This document shows positions 19,286 through 29,539 of a DNA stretch of 64,000 nucleotides, one piece after another (within the stretch, counting starts at the first letter, position 1; each line of letters opens with the position of its first letter). A program made the translations under genes and the position numbers. The notes below the pieces were generated by a model. The model did not search any database. It was given only the letters and a program-made list of their open reading frames with translations, and was not told where the DNA came from. This stretch comes from a virus, in the IMG/VR virus record IMGVR_UViG_3300008954_000005, positions 1 to 64,000 of that record, one strand, 5' to 3'.

Positions 19286-20901
19286 TGGCTATTCAATACC
19301 CAAAGACACATCATGATTGGGCACTAAAAACCTCAGACTCCTGGCAGGGTCTTCCGGGGATGCTCGCTACACTAAAGCATATTACCAGCCTAATGGACGG
19401 CGGCGACACGGGGACGGGCTTCGGCACGTCAATCGCAACGATGAATAATATAAACGCCCTGTCCGACTGGGTGGTCTCAGAGTTCCTCGTTGGGCCATAC
19501 GATGAGGTTGCAAGAGTAGAGCTACAGTGCCTGCTCTTCTACAGAGAGTTTGATCGACAGATCTTCTGTTTGAACCCAATCATTCAAGAGATGTTCGACA
19601 AAACTGATGTGGGTAAGGTTGGGTTGGCCGAGATAAAGAAGCTTCCGTACCCTTGCTTCTACATCAACCTAGCCAAGTCAAAACTCAAAGTTAAGAACTT
19701 TGAAACGGGTAAGTACTACCCGGTGTCTGGGTTCTATGTATTAAGAGATAATACAGACGGGGACGTGGATAAGCTTACCTTCTTCGTTCATGCTGAGGGT
19801 GACAATAACAAGTTTGGAGGGAAGTACTACTTCTCTTTCTCCTTGGAACGCTGCTTCTCAGAGTTCGACAGTGTAGGTGACTACGTTAAGTTCGTTTGTC
19901 GAAACCCTGAGCGAGACAGTTCTTCTCCTGGGGTAGAGCACACTAATAAAGACCTTCGTGAACACGCTAAGATGTTCATGTCGATCTATAGAATTTTCGC
20001 GGCTTTCCTTATGTACCTAAACATGGAGGACCCGAGCCTTAGAAAAGATGTGGCCGATGTACAACGACAGAAAGAGTTAGAGGGTAAAAGAGACCGGGCC
20101 AAAAACCCGAGCAGAAAGAAAAAGTATGAGACCCGTCTCCAGAAGTTGAAGCAGCGAGCCAACATCACCCATGTTGGTGAACGAGAAGAGACTAGAATTC
20201 TCGGTCAATGCGGTGGTTACGAAACCGAGCGCCATTGGCGTCGCGGCCATGACCACAGGTTCTGGATTGGCCCCAAGAAGAACAAGGAAACTGGTGAAGA
20301 CTGGTCCGTTGTTCCTGAGGGGGTGCTCCCAGAAGTGTATTGGGAGGGTCGTCGTATCTTGCTGTCGAAGTGGGTTGAACCAACGCTCATCCATCCCGAA
20401 AAGGAATTGATCGAGCAGGAGACTGGTCACAACTACTCCCTGGCGGTTCCGGCGTCTTACCTAGAGAAGAGGAAAATCCTCGAAGACATGTACTCGGCAA
20501 TGGAAGGAGAACTGGAGACGGTCACCCTAAATCGCCATGAACGAAGCAAGAAAAACCAACGAAACTGCTTCAAGCATTGGGGTTTCGAGTGTCGTGTCTG
20601 TGGTTTCGACCCAGTTAGGGATCACCCGCTAGGTGAGATGGTAGAAGATCTTCCGTCTCGTGGGTTGGAAGCACACCACCTTACCCCCCTTGGCGATAGC
20701 GATGAGGGTCGGCTAGTGAGCGCAATCGATGATATGCGCCCTCTATGCCACGTCTGTCACAAGGTTGTGCACGCACGAGGCACAAAGGAGCCACCAAGGG
20801 ATGTAGAGAAGATGCGTAAGGTGGTTGCGGATGAACTGACCAAACGGGCAATGATTCTTCATGCAGCCAACGAGCAGACTACGCCTCCCCAGGCTTCATA
20901 A
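19285..20901 (+). CDS. multidomain protein with C-terminal HNH endonuclease domain
   Basis: ER..N...C....GFECRVCGFD...LEAHHLTPL...LCHVCHKVVH (McrA-like HNH); central HWRRGH motif. Confidence 0.75.
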   Translation: MAIQYPKTHHDWALKTSDSWQGLPGMLATLKHITSLMDGGDTGTGFGTSIATMNNINALSDWVVSEFLVGPYDEVARVELQCLLFYREFDRQIFCLNPIIQEMFDKTDVGKVGLAEIKKLPYPCFYINLAKSKLKVKNFETGKYYPVSGFYVLRDNTDGDVDKLTFFVHAEGDNNKFGGKYYFSFSLERCFSEFDSVGDYVKFVCRNPERDSSSPGVEHTNKDLREHAKMFMSIYRIFAAFLMYLNMEDPSLRKDVADVQRQKELEGKRDRAKNPSRKKKYETRLQKLKQRANITHVGEREETRILGQCGGYETERHWRRGHDHRFWIGPKKNKETGEDWSVVPEGVLPEVYWEGRRILLSKWVEPTLIHPEKELIEQETGHNYSLAVPASYLEKRKILEDMYSAMEGELETVTLNRHERSKKNQRNCFKHWGFECRVCGFDPVRDHPLGEMVEDLPSRGLEAHHLTPLGDSDEGRLVSAIDDMRPLCHVCHKVVHARGTKEPPRDVEKMRKVVADELTKRAMILHAANEQTTPPQAS

Positions 20902-21143
20902 ACATTGCCATAGAGAGCAGCATCAGATGTCTGGTGACTGCTTTATAGAAGTCGTCTTTTAATCCAAAGGCGTCCAGTGTGTCTCTCCATTGATCACCAT
21001 CAAGCTCGGTGCCCGTAGAAGGGCACCGGGCGTGATCGATGGAGAAGACATCCACTGCTTTGTAGTTCATTTCGGGGTACTTACGGACTTCCTGATGCAC
21101 CGAACATTTGATTTCCCACACCACCCCCGAGATGGAGAACGAG

Positions 21144-21422
21144 ATGAAGAAAGATAGCTCATCAAACAAAGAAGACATTACCAATAATATTACTAACAAT
21201 TCTCTTCGGGACACAGACGTAGCCGACAAAGAGAATAATGATTTAGTTCAAAAAATAATTGATTACGAACAAGACACTATGTCCGACGAGGACATACCTG
21301 CCTTTTTCCAGCACCTCATTAACACGGGCCAAGCCTGGGAACTGCAGGGGCACTATGGACGAATGGCTAAATACCTTATCGACATTGGAGTATGCAATGA
21401 AGTTGTACCACGGAACGAGTGA
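21144..21422 (+). CDS. conserved phage hypothetical protein
   Basis: 'IIDYEQ..FFQHLINTGQAWELQGHYGRMA..LI' motif. Confidence 0.6.
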   Translation: MKKDSSSNKEDITNNITNNSLRDTDVADKENNDLVQKIIDYEQDTMSDEDIPAFFQHLINTGQAWELQGHYGRMAKYLIDIGVCNEVVPRNE

Positions 21423-22635
21423 AAGCTCACTAAAACGTATCCTTAGAGAGGGCCTGCTTCCCAGGTCAATGAGTAATGTCCCAAGTAACTGGGAACACAC
21501 CGTAGATGCTTCCCCTGACCGAGTGTACCTGAGTCTTGGTTACGCTCCTTACTTTGCCATGTCGGCATGTGAGGAAGGAGAACGGTGGGCAATCCTAGAG
21601 ATAGATAAAGACCGAATGGTCAACGACGCTTTCTCTAATATGTCCGCTGAGGACTCGTTGTCGGGGAAGGGTTTTGATTACTTCTACCCTGACGAGGACT
21701 ATGTGGAAAACGTTCTTCGTTCGGTAGAAACCTCAGCGGGCCTAAAGAAACATAACGCATGGCTCGCAGAAGAAATGGACACCAGAGGATTCCCTTGGAG
21801 TGCCGAGGTTATGGAAAGAACGGGTTGGATTCGGGACAACATAGACCTGTTCAAGTTCATGGCAGAGGGGTCTTTAGAGCATTTGGGTAACGTCAGTTAC
21901 TCTAGGCACATTCCTCTCAAGTGCATCACACGAGCGGTTCTATACGATCCCAGATCAAATCCAACCATGACCATCGCGGCTATGGATCCAACGATCACCA
22001 CCATGAACTGGCGTATCTGCTCCCAGAAGTACACCGAGCTTACTCGATGGTTCCTTGGGTATGAAGACGTGAAAGGGGAAACCATTCGCGGATACAACGG
22101 GGCTGGTGAAGATGACAATGAGAAGAAGCTCAACGGCCTCAAGACCTTCCTAGGCGAACTAGAAGGTCTAGACGAAAGCCGTATGGATACTGTCCCGGAC
22201 ATCAGCCTCGACTACAAAGGAGACCTCAGAGGTGTTGATGTGGGTGAGGAGTTTCGGGATAAAACCCCACGAGAAGTAATCGAAACCGTTAAGGGGCAAA
22301 TCGACTTCTACCAACGGTATGTTGACTCAACGGAACAATTCAATAACGAAGTGCTCCCAAACCGAAGCGGTATTGAGCTAATTGAAGTAGCTCAATTCGG
22401 TCTCGGTGGAACCGCGAAAACCATTAAACGGGAAGAGTTTTACGAACGATGCTTAGATAAGATCGTCGGTAAATCAAACCCCGTCACCGGTATTCGCTCT
22501 GGGAACAGTTGGGTTCAGCAACATGAGCACTGGGACGCTATGACGGCACGGTACGGTGCTGACTACGTCGGCAAGGAGATGGAAAAGTCGGTACGTAAAA
22601 CACTAGATAACGCGTATAAAACCGAAGAGTTCTAG
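21397..22635 (+). CDS. putative ADP-ribosyltransferase-fold protein
   Basis: N-terminal LYHGTS....ILREGLLP, then VYLS and AILEID, typical of HGT-type ART/Tpt1-like domains. Confidence 0.6.
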   Translation: MKLYHGTSESSLKRILREGLLPRSMSNVPSNWEHTVDASPDRVYLSLGYAPYFAMSACEEGERWAILEIDKDRMVNDAFSNMSAEDSLSGKGFDYFYPDEDYVENVLRSVETSAGLKKHNAWLAEEMDTRGFPWSAEVMERTGWIRDNIDLFKFMAEGSLEHLGNVSYSRHIPLKCITRAVLYDPRSNPTMTIAAMDPTITTMNWRICSQKYTELTRWFLGYEDVKGETIRGYNGAGEDDNEKKLNGLKTFLGELEGLDESRMDTVPDISLDYKGDLRGVDVGEEFRDKTPREVIETVKGQIDFYQRYVDSTEQFNNEVLPNRSGIELIEVAQFGLGGTAKTIKREEFYERCLDKIVGKSNPVTGIRSGNSWVQQHEHWDAMTARYGADYVGKEMEKSVRKTLDNAYKTEEF

Positions 22636-22641
22636 AAATAA

Positions 22642-22672
22642 AGCGGGGGGCAAAGTGCCCCCCGTTTTTTTA
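22642..22672. terminator. terminator between convergent genes
   Basis: gcggggggcaaagtgccccccg + ttttttt. Confidence 0.8.
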
Positions 22673-22720
22673 CATCGCTTTTCGTCGACTGGACTAACGC
22701 GTTTTATAAGCCTAATACTA

Positions 22721-24223
22721 CTAGCAGCCCTCCCCAGGGAGAGCATGGATAACAGCGACCAAGCCCCTATCTTTATCATGCAAATAAACGGGCAAGCTCT
22801 TAGGGGAACCAACGTACCCAGAACGAGCGTGCCATCTATCCGGGCCACTCAAACTAGGTAACTGTCGGCGTGTGACGCCATAAGCTACGTCTGTTTCGGT
22901 TTTCTCATAATGTAGATGGCCTGTGTAAATGGTCCGGTATGGACAGTGGGACCATTCCTTAGCGGCCTCTCTTGCCATATGGCCAGCTAGGTCTTTTGTT
23001 TTCCCTACCGTATCTCCGTGGGCAAAGCCAATTAAATTTTTACCGTACGCCACATACTGCCGAGCAGTTGTTTCAGTAGTGATCGTGACGTCAGGAGCAT
23101 TCCTAAAGAATGCCCTTAGATACAAGAGGATCACATATCCCATAGCCCGGTCGTGGTTTCCGTTCATAAGAACTAGGTGTACAGGAGCCACTTGTCTTAG
23201 TGACTCGATCCACTCTTCCATAAGGGTGCAGCCCGTCTCCAGGATACTATAAAAGTTACCATCATTGTCCTGTGGAGTCCCACGGGTAGTGGTTCCAGCA
23301 TCATTGTCTATGTGTAAAAAATCGCTCCCAATAGGAACGATAATCTTCTCTGGTGCCCCAAACTGGACAAGGCGACTAACGGCATCCTCTGTACAAGAGA
23401 ACAACCGTTTACGAGCTATATTACGATCAAATAACTCACCATTCTCCATATCGGAATATTTGCCCCAATGAAAATCTGAGAGGCCGACGACAGCGGCATA
23501 AGGAGCTTTTGCTACCTTGATGTTCAACTTATGGACTTTGGCTGGGCTCCTATCCCCAATGGTCTCAAGGAGCTGTCTAAGAACTTGGTCCTCAAACTCA
23601 CGCCACTTGTTCGCTTCCTTCTGGACCTCGCTCCATTTCTTTTTCTCAAACCGACGATAGAACGTAGCCCGTCTTTTTTGAAGGGCCTCTTCAACCAACT
23701 CGTCAGTATCCCTAGCCATCATTTCTTCGGCTGTGAAGGGCTCATGGTCCTTCGTCCAACCATGAATCTTCTTGTACTTGACGAACCACACGCGAGGCAT
23801 GCCAAACTCTCGGCAAACCATGTTGATGGTTCCCTCGCCAATGGTGTTGGAGTACATATCAAGCATGGCCCTATGCACCGTTCCGGGAACCGTTAATGGG
23901 CCAACGTCTGGGATAAAAGTGACGTAGCTGTCATTTTCTTTATCGTACCAGTACCGATCATCACTGACGAAGTTCTCGTCAACAATGACCTCTTCTTGCT
24001 CGATATCCTCTGTCTCGGGTGACGTCTCTTTTCGAAGAGACCTAGACCACTTCCCAAAGGCTACGAGTTCATCGTAGTCCATCCCAAGCTTTTCGCCGTG
24101 CCTATCGGATACTACCCGCCACTCTCGATTTAAAAATTGTTTATACAGTCGGTCCCCATACTCCTCATCGAGTTGGAACCAGTGCTCTGGTATATGTTCG
24201 TTACTCAAAAAAAGCCTCCACAC
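22721..24223 (-). CDS. calcineurin-like metallophosphoesterase with N-terminal extension
   Basis: SDFHWG, GSDFLH, NGNHD, FAHGD and TGHLH motifs. Confidence 0.85.
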   Translation of the reverse strand: MWRLFLSNEHIPEHWFQLDEEYGDRLYKQFLNREWRVVSDRHGEKLGMDYDELVAFGKWSRSLRKETSPETEDIEQEEVIVDENFVSDDRYWYDKENDSYVTFIPDVGPLTVPGTVHRAMLDMYSNTIGEGTINMVCREFGMPRVWFVKYKKIHGWTKDHEPFTAEEMMARDTDELVEEALQKRRATFYRRFEKKKWSEVQKEANKWREFEDQVLRQLLETIGDRSPAKVHKLNIKVAKAPYAAVVGLSDFHWGKYSDMENGELFDRNIARKRLFSCTEDAVSRLVQFGAPEKIIVPIGSDFLHIDNDAGTTTRGTPQDNDGNFYSILETGCTLMEEWIESLRQVAPVHLVLMNGNHDRAMGYVILLYLRAFFRNAPDVTITTETTARQYVAYGKNLIGFAHGDTVGKTKDLAGHMAREAAKEWSHCPYRTIYTGHLHYEKTETDVAYGVTRRQLPSLSGPDRWHARSGYVGSPKSLPVYLHDKDRGLVAVIHALPGEGC

Positions 24224-24381
24224 GAAAATCTACGTTATGTAGCGCACGATTTCTGCGCTAGGTCCCCGGTTCCGTGTGTTGTTCATAAGTAGAACAGGGC
24301 TAAAAAATAAGAGATGACGTAGCCGCTGATCCTGTACCCCCCAACACGAAAAGCGCATCGGGGGATACAGGCACAGCATTA

Positions 24382-25053
24382 CTAGATTAAATTTAGGGCT
24401 CCCGTTGTAGCCAATGTACTTCCCTCTGTCTGTCGCAAAGCCATCCAACGCTCCCTATTGAAAAGCGGATTACCGGTTAATATGGAATCAACATAATCCA
24501 TGACGGCAATATCATCCGCAGGTTTAGTATAGTCCTGCGCAGACACCTTGTCGTAGAGGGTCTCCCAAAGAAGATAGCGATAAGCCTTCCGGTAATAGTC
24601 ACTAAGCTCGTTCTCCCAATAAGACGTCCACCGTTCATCGTTGCGTCGGCCTTCGAGGGTATACCCCCACATCTTGTTTATCAGAGCATCGAGGCTCCTA
24701 CCATTCTCAGAGAAGTTGCAATCTGTCTGATAACGTGTTCCTCTGTAAACTTGTAGGGCAGAGGTATGGCTACTTTGGTCACCATGCATCAATCTAAAAT
24801 TTCCGGGGAACCACCTATCCGCGCACATCGACATGGTGTCAGAGGACTGTCCGCTGTGGTGAAGTCCGGGAAGAACCGGATATGCCCCTACACAAACATT
24901 GAGATGCCTACACCTATCCAGCGCAGTCATAAAAGCTAGCTTGCCTACCTTTTGGCCGTAGAAAAGCGTCGCGGTGTCTAAAAAACTTTTGTCTAGTAAA
25001 CCCCCCTCTTTTGAAAGAAAGTTTGCTAGAATCTTCTCCGTGGTGTACGTCAT
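24382..25053 (-). CDS. hypothetical protein
   Basis: TAAGGAGG RBS; GGTATAAG on minus strand at 25109-25116. Confidence 0.65.
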   Translation of the reverse strand: MTYTTEKILANFLSKEGGLLDKSFLDTATLFYGQKVGKLAFMTALDRCRHLNVCVGAYPVLPGLHHSGQSSDTMSMCADRWFPGNFRLMHGDQSSHTSALQVYRGTRYQTDCNFSENGRSLDALINKMWGYTLEGRRNDERWTSYWENELSDYYRKAYRYLLWETLYDKVSAQDYTKPADDIAVMDYVDSILTGNPLFNRERWMALRQTEGSTLATTGALNLI

Positions 25054-25223
25054 AGTGCCTCCTTAGCGTACAGTTTCAGCTATTTTAGGCCACTTTGACC
25101 TCAAAGAGCTTATACCAACAAGGTGCACAATCCTGCGAAGAAAGATAAAAGTACTTACAGATACATTTCCTTATGGAAAACCAAGAAACACCATAAAAGC
25201 CAACTAATAAGAGGAGGGTCTAA

Positions 25224-27203
25224 ATGATCTTTGAACAGGTGTCCGATGCCAGAAAAGTGAGAAACTTTACGCTGCCTTCAGCGTTTCTAGAACAATACAT
25301 GGGGAAGCAGCCGAAGTGGGGACCACTTGGGTATTTCACCTTTAAACGAACTTACGCCCGACCGCTAAAAGATGGAACGACAGAGGAATTCTGGCAGACC
25401 TGTAAACGCGTTGTGGAGGGTGTCTATAACATTCAAAAGCTCCACTGCAGTAACCTGCGCCTCCCTTGGGATCACGCGAAAGCCCGAAGGTCTTCACAAG
25501 AGATGTTTGAGCGGATGTGGACCTTCAAGTGGCTCCCACCCGGTAGAGGCTTGTGGACCATGGGAACAGACATGGTCTACGAAAAAGGCAGTGCCGCTCT
25601 AAATAACTGCGCCTTCGTCAGCACGGAAGAGATCGACGTAGACTTTGCTGCTCCCTTTGTGTTCCTGATGGATATGAGCATGTTGGGTGTCGGAGTTGGT
25701 GGAGACACCAAAGGTGCCGACCGTATTCAGGTTGTTGTCCCTAAGTACCACGACGAGCCTTACATTGTTGAGGATAGTCGTGAGGGGTGGGTAGAGCTTA
25801 CGCGGGTAGTCTTAAACGCTTTCGTCAGTAAGGGCCAATACCCCACCAACATCGACTATTCCCAAATTCGCCCCAAAGGTGCGCCTATCCTCGGATTTGG
25901 TGGCACCGCATCTGGGCCGAAGCCTCTGGTTGATTTGATTGATAACCTGTCCGAACTGCTTATGCCGAAGGACGGGGAACCATACAAAATCACTAGCGCC
26001 ATTATCGTAGACATCTTCAACTACATCGGTAAGTGCGTTGTTGCGGGCGGTATCCGAAGAACTGCGGAGATCATGTTCGGTGACGCGGATGATCGTGAGT
26101 TCATCACTCTGAAGCAAGACGTGGAAGCTCTACAAGACAGGCGGTGGGCCTCAAACAACAGTGTCTTCGGAACAGTCGGAATGGACTACACCAGTGTGGT
26201 GGACTCCATCGCAGAGAACGGAGAGCCTGGGTTGATTTGGCTAGATAACATGCAGCATTACCGCCGAATGGATGGTAAGCGAAATGGTTACGACGTTCGG
26301 GCTATGGGCAGTAACCCCTGCAGCGAGCAGACCTTAGAAAGCTTTGAGTTGTGTTGCTTAGTAGAAACATTCCCAGCGAACCACGATAGTTTCGATGACT
26401 ACCAACGTACGCTGAAGTTTGCCTACCTCTATGCCAAGACCGTCACTCTTGTTCCCACGCATGACCCGCGAACGAATGCGGTGATGATGAGAAACCGCCG
26501 TATAGGTTGTTCAATGAGCGGCATCGTACAAGCTCTTAACAAGCACGGTCGTCGCGAGTTTCTCAAGTGGTGTGACAACGGCTACCAGTACATAAGACAA
26601 CTTGATCGCCTGTATTCTGAGTGGTTGTGTATCCCACGGTCAATCAAGGTTACAAGCGTCAAGCCTAGTGGAACGGTTAGTCTCCTTTGTGGTGCTACGG
26701 CAGGTATTCATTACCCCCACAGTGAGTACTACATCAGGAACATTCGTGTCTCCGATATCTCTCCGCTTGTGAAAGCTGCGAAAGATGCTGGGTATCCGGT
26801 CGAACCAGACGCATACGCAGACAGTACTGTTTGCATAAGCTTCCCTGTACACGAGCCGCACTATGCTAAAGGAAAGAGTGAAGTCTCGATCTGGGAGCAG
26901 TTCGCTAATGCTGCGGACCTACAAAAGTACTGGGCCGACAACCAAGTGTCTGTGACGGTTACGTTCACTAAAGAGGAGATTCAGGACATCAAGTCTTGTC
27001 TTGAGGTGTACGAAACCCGTTTGAAGTCCGTGTCTATGCTCCCACTTATGGATAAAGACCACGGCTACAAACAGGCCCCGTACATTGCGATCACAAAAGA
27101 GCAGTACGACAACATGTCGACTAAAACCAAGCCTCTGAATCTGGCTCAGTCAGTGCATGAGGTTACGGAGAAGTTTTGTGATGGGGACTCCTGTACTATC
27201 TAA
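25224..27203 (+). CDS. nrdJ: class II (adenosylcobalamin-dependent, monomeric RTPR-type) ribonucleotide reductase
   Basis: LPPGRGLW, NNCAF, GGIRRTA, NPCSEQ, VKPSGTVS, C-terminal FCDGDSC. Confidence 0.93.
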   Translation: MIFEQVSDARKVRNFTLPSAFLEQYMGKQPKWGPLGYFTFKRTYARPLKDGTTEEFWQTCKRVVEGVYNIQKLHCSNLRLPWDHAKARRSSQEMFERMWTFKWLPPGRGLWTMGTDMVYEKGSAALNNCAFVSTEEIDVDFAAPFVFLMDMSMLGVGVGGDTKGADRIQVVVPKYHDEPYIVEDSREGWVELTRVVLNAFVSKGQYPTNIDYSQIRPKGAPILGFGGTASGPKPLVDLIDNLSELLMPKDGEPYKITSAIIVDIFNYIGKCVVAGGIRRTAEIMFGDADDREFITLKQDVEALQDRRWASNNSVFGTVGMDYTSVVDSIAENGEPGLIWLDNMQHYRRMDGKRNGYDVRAMGSNPCSEQTLESFELCCLVETFPANHDSFDDYQRTLKFAYLYAKTVTLVPTHDPRTNAVMMRNRRIGCSMSGIVQALNKHGRREFLKWCDNGYQYIRQLDRLYSEWLCIPRSIKVTSVKPSGTVSLLCGATAGIHYPHSEYYIRNIRVSDISPLVKAAKDAGYPVEPDAYADSTVCISFPVHEPHYAKGKSEVSIWEQFANAADLQKYWADNQVSVTVTFTKEEIQDIKSCLEVYETRLKSVSMLPLMDKDHGYKQAPYIAITKEQYDNMSTKTKPLNLAQSVHEVTEKFCDGDSCTI

Positions 27204-27223
27204 AAAGAGCCTTCCGGCTCATA

Positions 27224-27260
27224 GGGGAGGGGGCATTACGCCCCCTCCCCTTTTTTAGCT
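27224..27260. terminator. intrinsic terminator
   Basis: ggggaggggg cattacg ccccctcccc ttttttagct. Confidence 0.85.
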
Positions 27261-27771
27261 ATGCCACCTCTTGTGTGGACTCGGTGTGAACCGTAGGCCT
27301 AATGTCGCTCTCAATCTCTTCCAACAGACAAAGGCACTCATCAAGGAAGCAGTCTCCGGGACTGTGATCGTATCCGGCCTCAGAGGCAGACTCTGACGCA
27401 TACTCCCCGCAATAGTATGAAGAGCTTGCAGCGCCGATTGCATCGCTAAAGCACTCACTAACAGAAGACTGCTGTTCTCTAAGGTCAGACGCTAACCTCT
27501 GAATCTTATCCAGCACCGACACGGTCACGTTCTCCGACGTCAACGCAGGAACCGAGCCGATAGGGGCGTCAGTAAGCGACTTCTCAAAAACCGTGAACAG
27601 CTTGTGTAAATCTAGGCTGTGCCCATTTACTTGGATTTCTACTGCAAGATTCGTCATATCAATCTCGCCGCCCTCATTTCTAGAGAGTTGTGCTTGTAGT
27701 ACTTGGCTAAGCGAGCAGCCCAGCAAGCGCCCAAACAACGTGTCTTTAACTACCTCATAGTTTGCTTCCAT
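27259..27771 (-). CDS. hypothetical protein
   Basis: AAGGAGG RBS; GGTATAAG on minus strand at 27809-27816. Confidence 0.6.
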   Translation of the reverse strand: MEANYEVVKDTLFGRLLGCSLSQVLQAQLSRNEGGEIDMTNLAVEIQVNGHSLDLHKLFTVFEKSLTDAPIGSVPALTSENVTVSVLDKIQRLASDLREQQSSVSECFSDAIGAASSSYYCGEYASESASEAGYDHSPGDCFLDECLCLLEEIESDIRPTVHTESTQEVA

Positions 27772-28042
27772 ATGTCCTCCTTCGTGGCTATAGGTTTGGA
27801 GCAAAATCCTTATACCAACAAAAGGTACAAACCTACCGCGCACTCTAAAGCTTTCGTAATTGATATACAGAGGCGCATAAACGCGGTTAACTACTGGCTT
27901 ATCGGTGAATCATTAAGTACTGCTATGGATACATAGGGTACCTGTTATTAACGGGTAATGGGCGCAGCTACGACCCACCCCCCAAAGGGGACTACAATGT
28001 AGAAAACACCAGTATCCTCAGAGGATTACGGGAGCCCTGTAG

Positions 28043-28423
28043 ATGAGTAAGAAAAAGAAGACCTACCCAGACAACGTTATTCCCTTCCCTTCGGGTAGGA
28101 CGGAAGCGGTGTCTGAAGAAGACCTTAGAAAACTAGAAATATCTCACCAGTCTGTCCAAGACCTTGTAATCATGGCGGCGTGCGTAAACATGAGCACGAC
28201 CTACAAAGGCAAATTCGAGGATCAATGCCGAGAGAACGTTAAAAACGAAACCTTCCCTTGCTCAGAAAATTGTGGTTGTTATACACACATGCTCTCGTCG
28301 ATGGCGCTTGAACTCATCTTTGATGGACCGAGAGCAGACGAAGCGCGTGGACAACTCTATAGAGAATATTCTGACCTAATACGGAAAGCCAAGGAGCGCG
28401 GCTCAGACGACGCAATAGACTAA
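28043..28423 (+). CDS. hypothetical protein
   Basis: GGGAG RBS; NVIPFP motif. Confidence 0.6.
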   Translation: MSKKKKTYPDNVIPFPSGRTEAVSEEDLRKLEISHQSVQDLVIMAACVNMSTTYKGKFEDQCRENVKNETFPCSENCGCYTHMLSSMALELIFDGPRADEARGQLYREYSDLIRKAKERGSDDAID

Positions 28424-28464
28424 CTTTATGGGGTATAAGTTTACTGGTCCCGAATTAGCTTCAG

Positions 28465-28540
28465 GGGCCGGTAGCTCAACCGGTAGAGCACCAGACTTTT
28501 AATCTGTAGGTTGTGGGTTCAAGTCCCACCCGGCTCACCA
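28465..28540 (+). tRNA. tRNA-Lys (anticodon TTT)
   Basis: acceptor GGGCCGG/CCGGCTC, anticodon loop CT-TTT-AA, TTCAA T-loop, encoded CCA. Confidence 0.93.
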
Positions 28541-28566
28541 ATCACCCAATAAGGAGGAGGGACTCT

Positions 28567-28959
28567 ATGTCCGAAGAAAAGAAAGACCCCATGAGCATGT
28601 CTGACGTCATGCGAGAATTTTATTCCTTTGTAGAACAAAAAGTAAACGACGAAGAGGACCAAGAACTACGAGAGGCTCTTCTTCCAGAACTAGAACGGCT
28701 AAGGGATACAGTCCTAGAATCAGAGAGATTCATCTCTGAGTACCCCAACATCTCCGGGTTGTTTTCATCCATGTGCGGCATCATCTCCGAGCACGAGAGC
28801 AAGCTTGAGCTAGTCAAAGACGTTCTCGTCTCAAATGGTCTTATGATTCAAATCGAAGCCAGCACAGAAGAAGAGGCTGTGGAGATGGCAAAAAAGACGT
28901 TTGAGGAAGACATGCTCAACCGAATGATGGCAAACGTGGATAAATCCACAATCCACTAG
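28567..28959 (+). CDS. hypothetical acidic protein
   Basis: TAAGGAGGAGG RBS. Confidence 0.65.
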   Translation: MSEEKKDPMSMSDVMREFYSFVEQKVNDEEDQELREALLPELERLRDTVLESERFISEYPNISGLFSSMCGIISEHESKLELVKDVLVSNGLMIQIEASTEEEAVEMAKKTFEEDMLNRMMANVDKSTIH

Positions 28960-28967
28960 TAAAGCTA

Positions 28968-29054
28968 GGGGCTGTGGCGGAATCGGTAGACGCAACGGAC
29001 TTAAAATCCGTTATCCTTCTGGGTGTGAGGGTTCGATCCCCTCCAGCCCCACCA
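28968..29054 (+). tRNA. tRNA-Leu (anticodon TAA)
   Basis: GGGGCTG/CAGCCCC, aacgga CT-TAA-AA tccgtt, long variable arm, CCA. Confidence 0.95.
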
Positions 29055-29183
29055 TATCTAAAATGATATCTTTAGAAGGTAAATCAGACCAAGGACCGCA
29101 TAGAATGGACCAACCTCAGACCGCCATAGGCTAGGGGAGAGGGCACCGCTCTCTCCCCTAGAGGTGGCATCAGCCCTTTTTAC

Positions 29184-29259
29184 GCGCCCTTAGCTCAGAG
29201 GTTAGAGCCCCACTCTTATAAGGTGGTAGTCCTGGGTTCAAGTCCCAGAGGGCGTACCA
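29184..29259 (+). tRNA. tRNA-Ile (anticodon TAT)
   Basis: GCGCCCT/AGGGCGT, ccact CT-TAT-AA ggtgg, TTCAA T-loop, CCA. Confidence 0.9.
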
Positions 29260-29539
29260 TGCTAAAAACTAGACTACTACTACGCAAGTAGCTATGAGAC
29301 TATACTTAGATTGTGGCCAGCCCTGGTCACATAGGGAGAGTAGAGATGCGCAGCGCCTCAGACAGACCTGTACACGAGGTAGAGAACTCCATTACAGGAC
29401 CGAGTTTCTCGTGCTTGTGCCCTACTTCTTCCGTACCCGCAGGGAGGCATGGGGGAGCCCCGCCGCATGAGTGCTAAGCTACCGGCGCGATTGCATAGCT
29501 AAACAGATGCCTCACTTTTTATAGGAGATACCATGCCAA

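Noticed and set aside
25224-27203. Intein or intron in the ribonucleotide reductase
   Set aside because: The ORF is continuous, 659 aa, with motifs at normal spacing.
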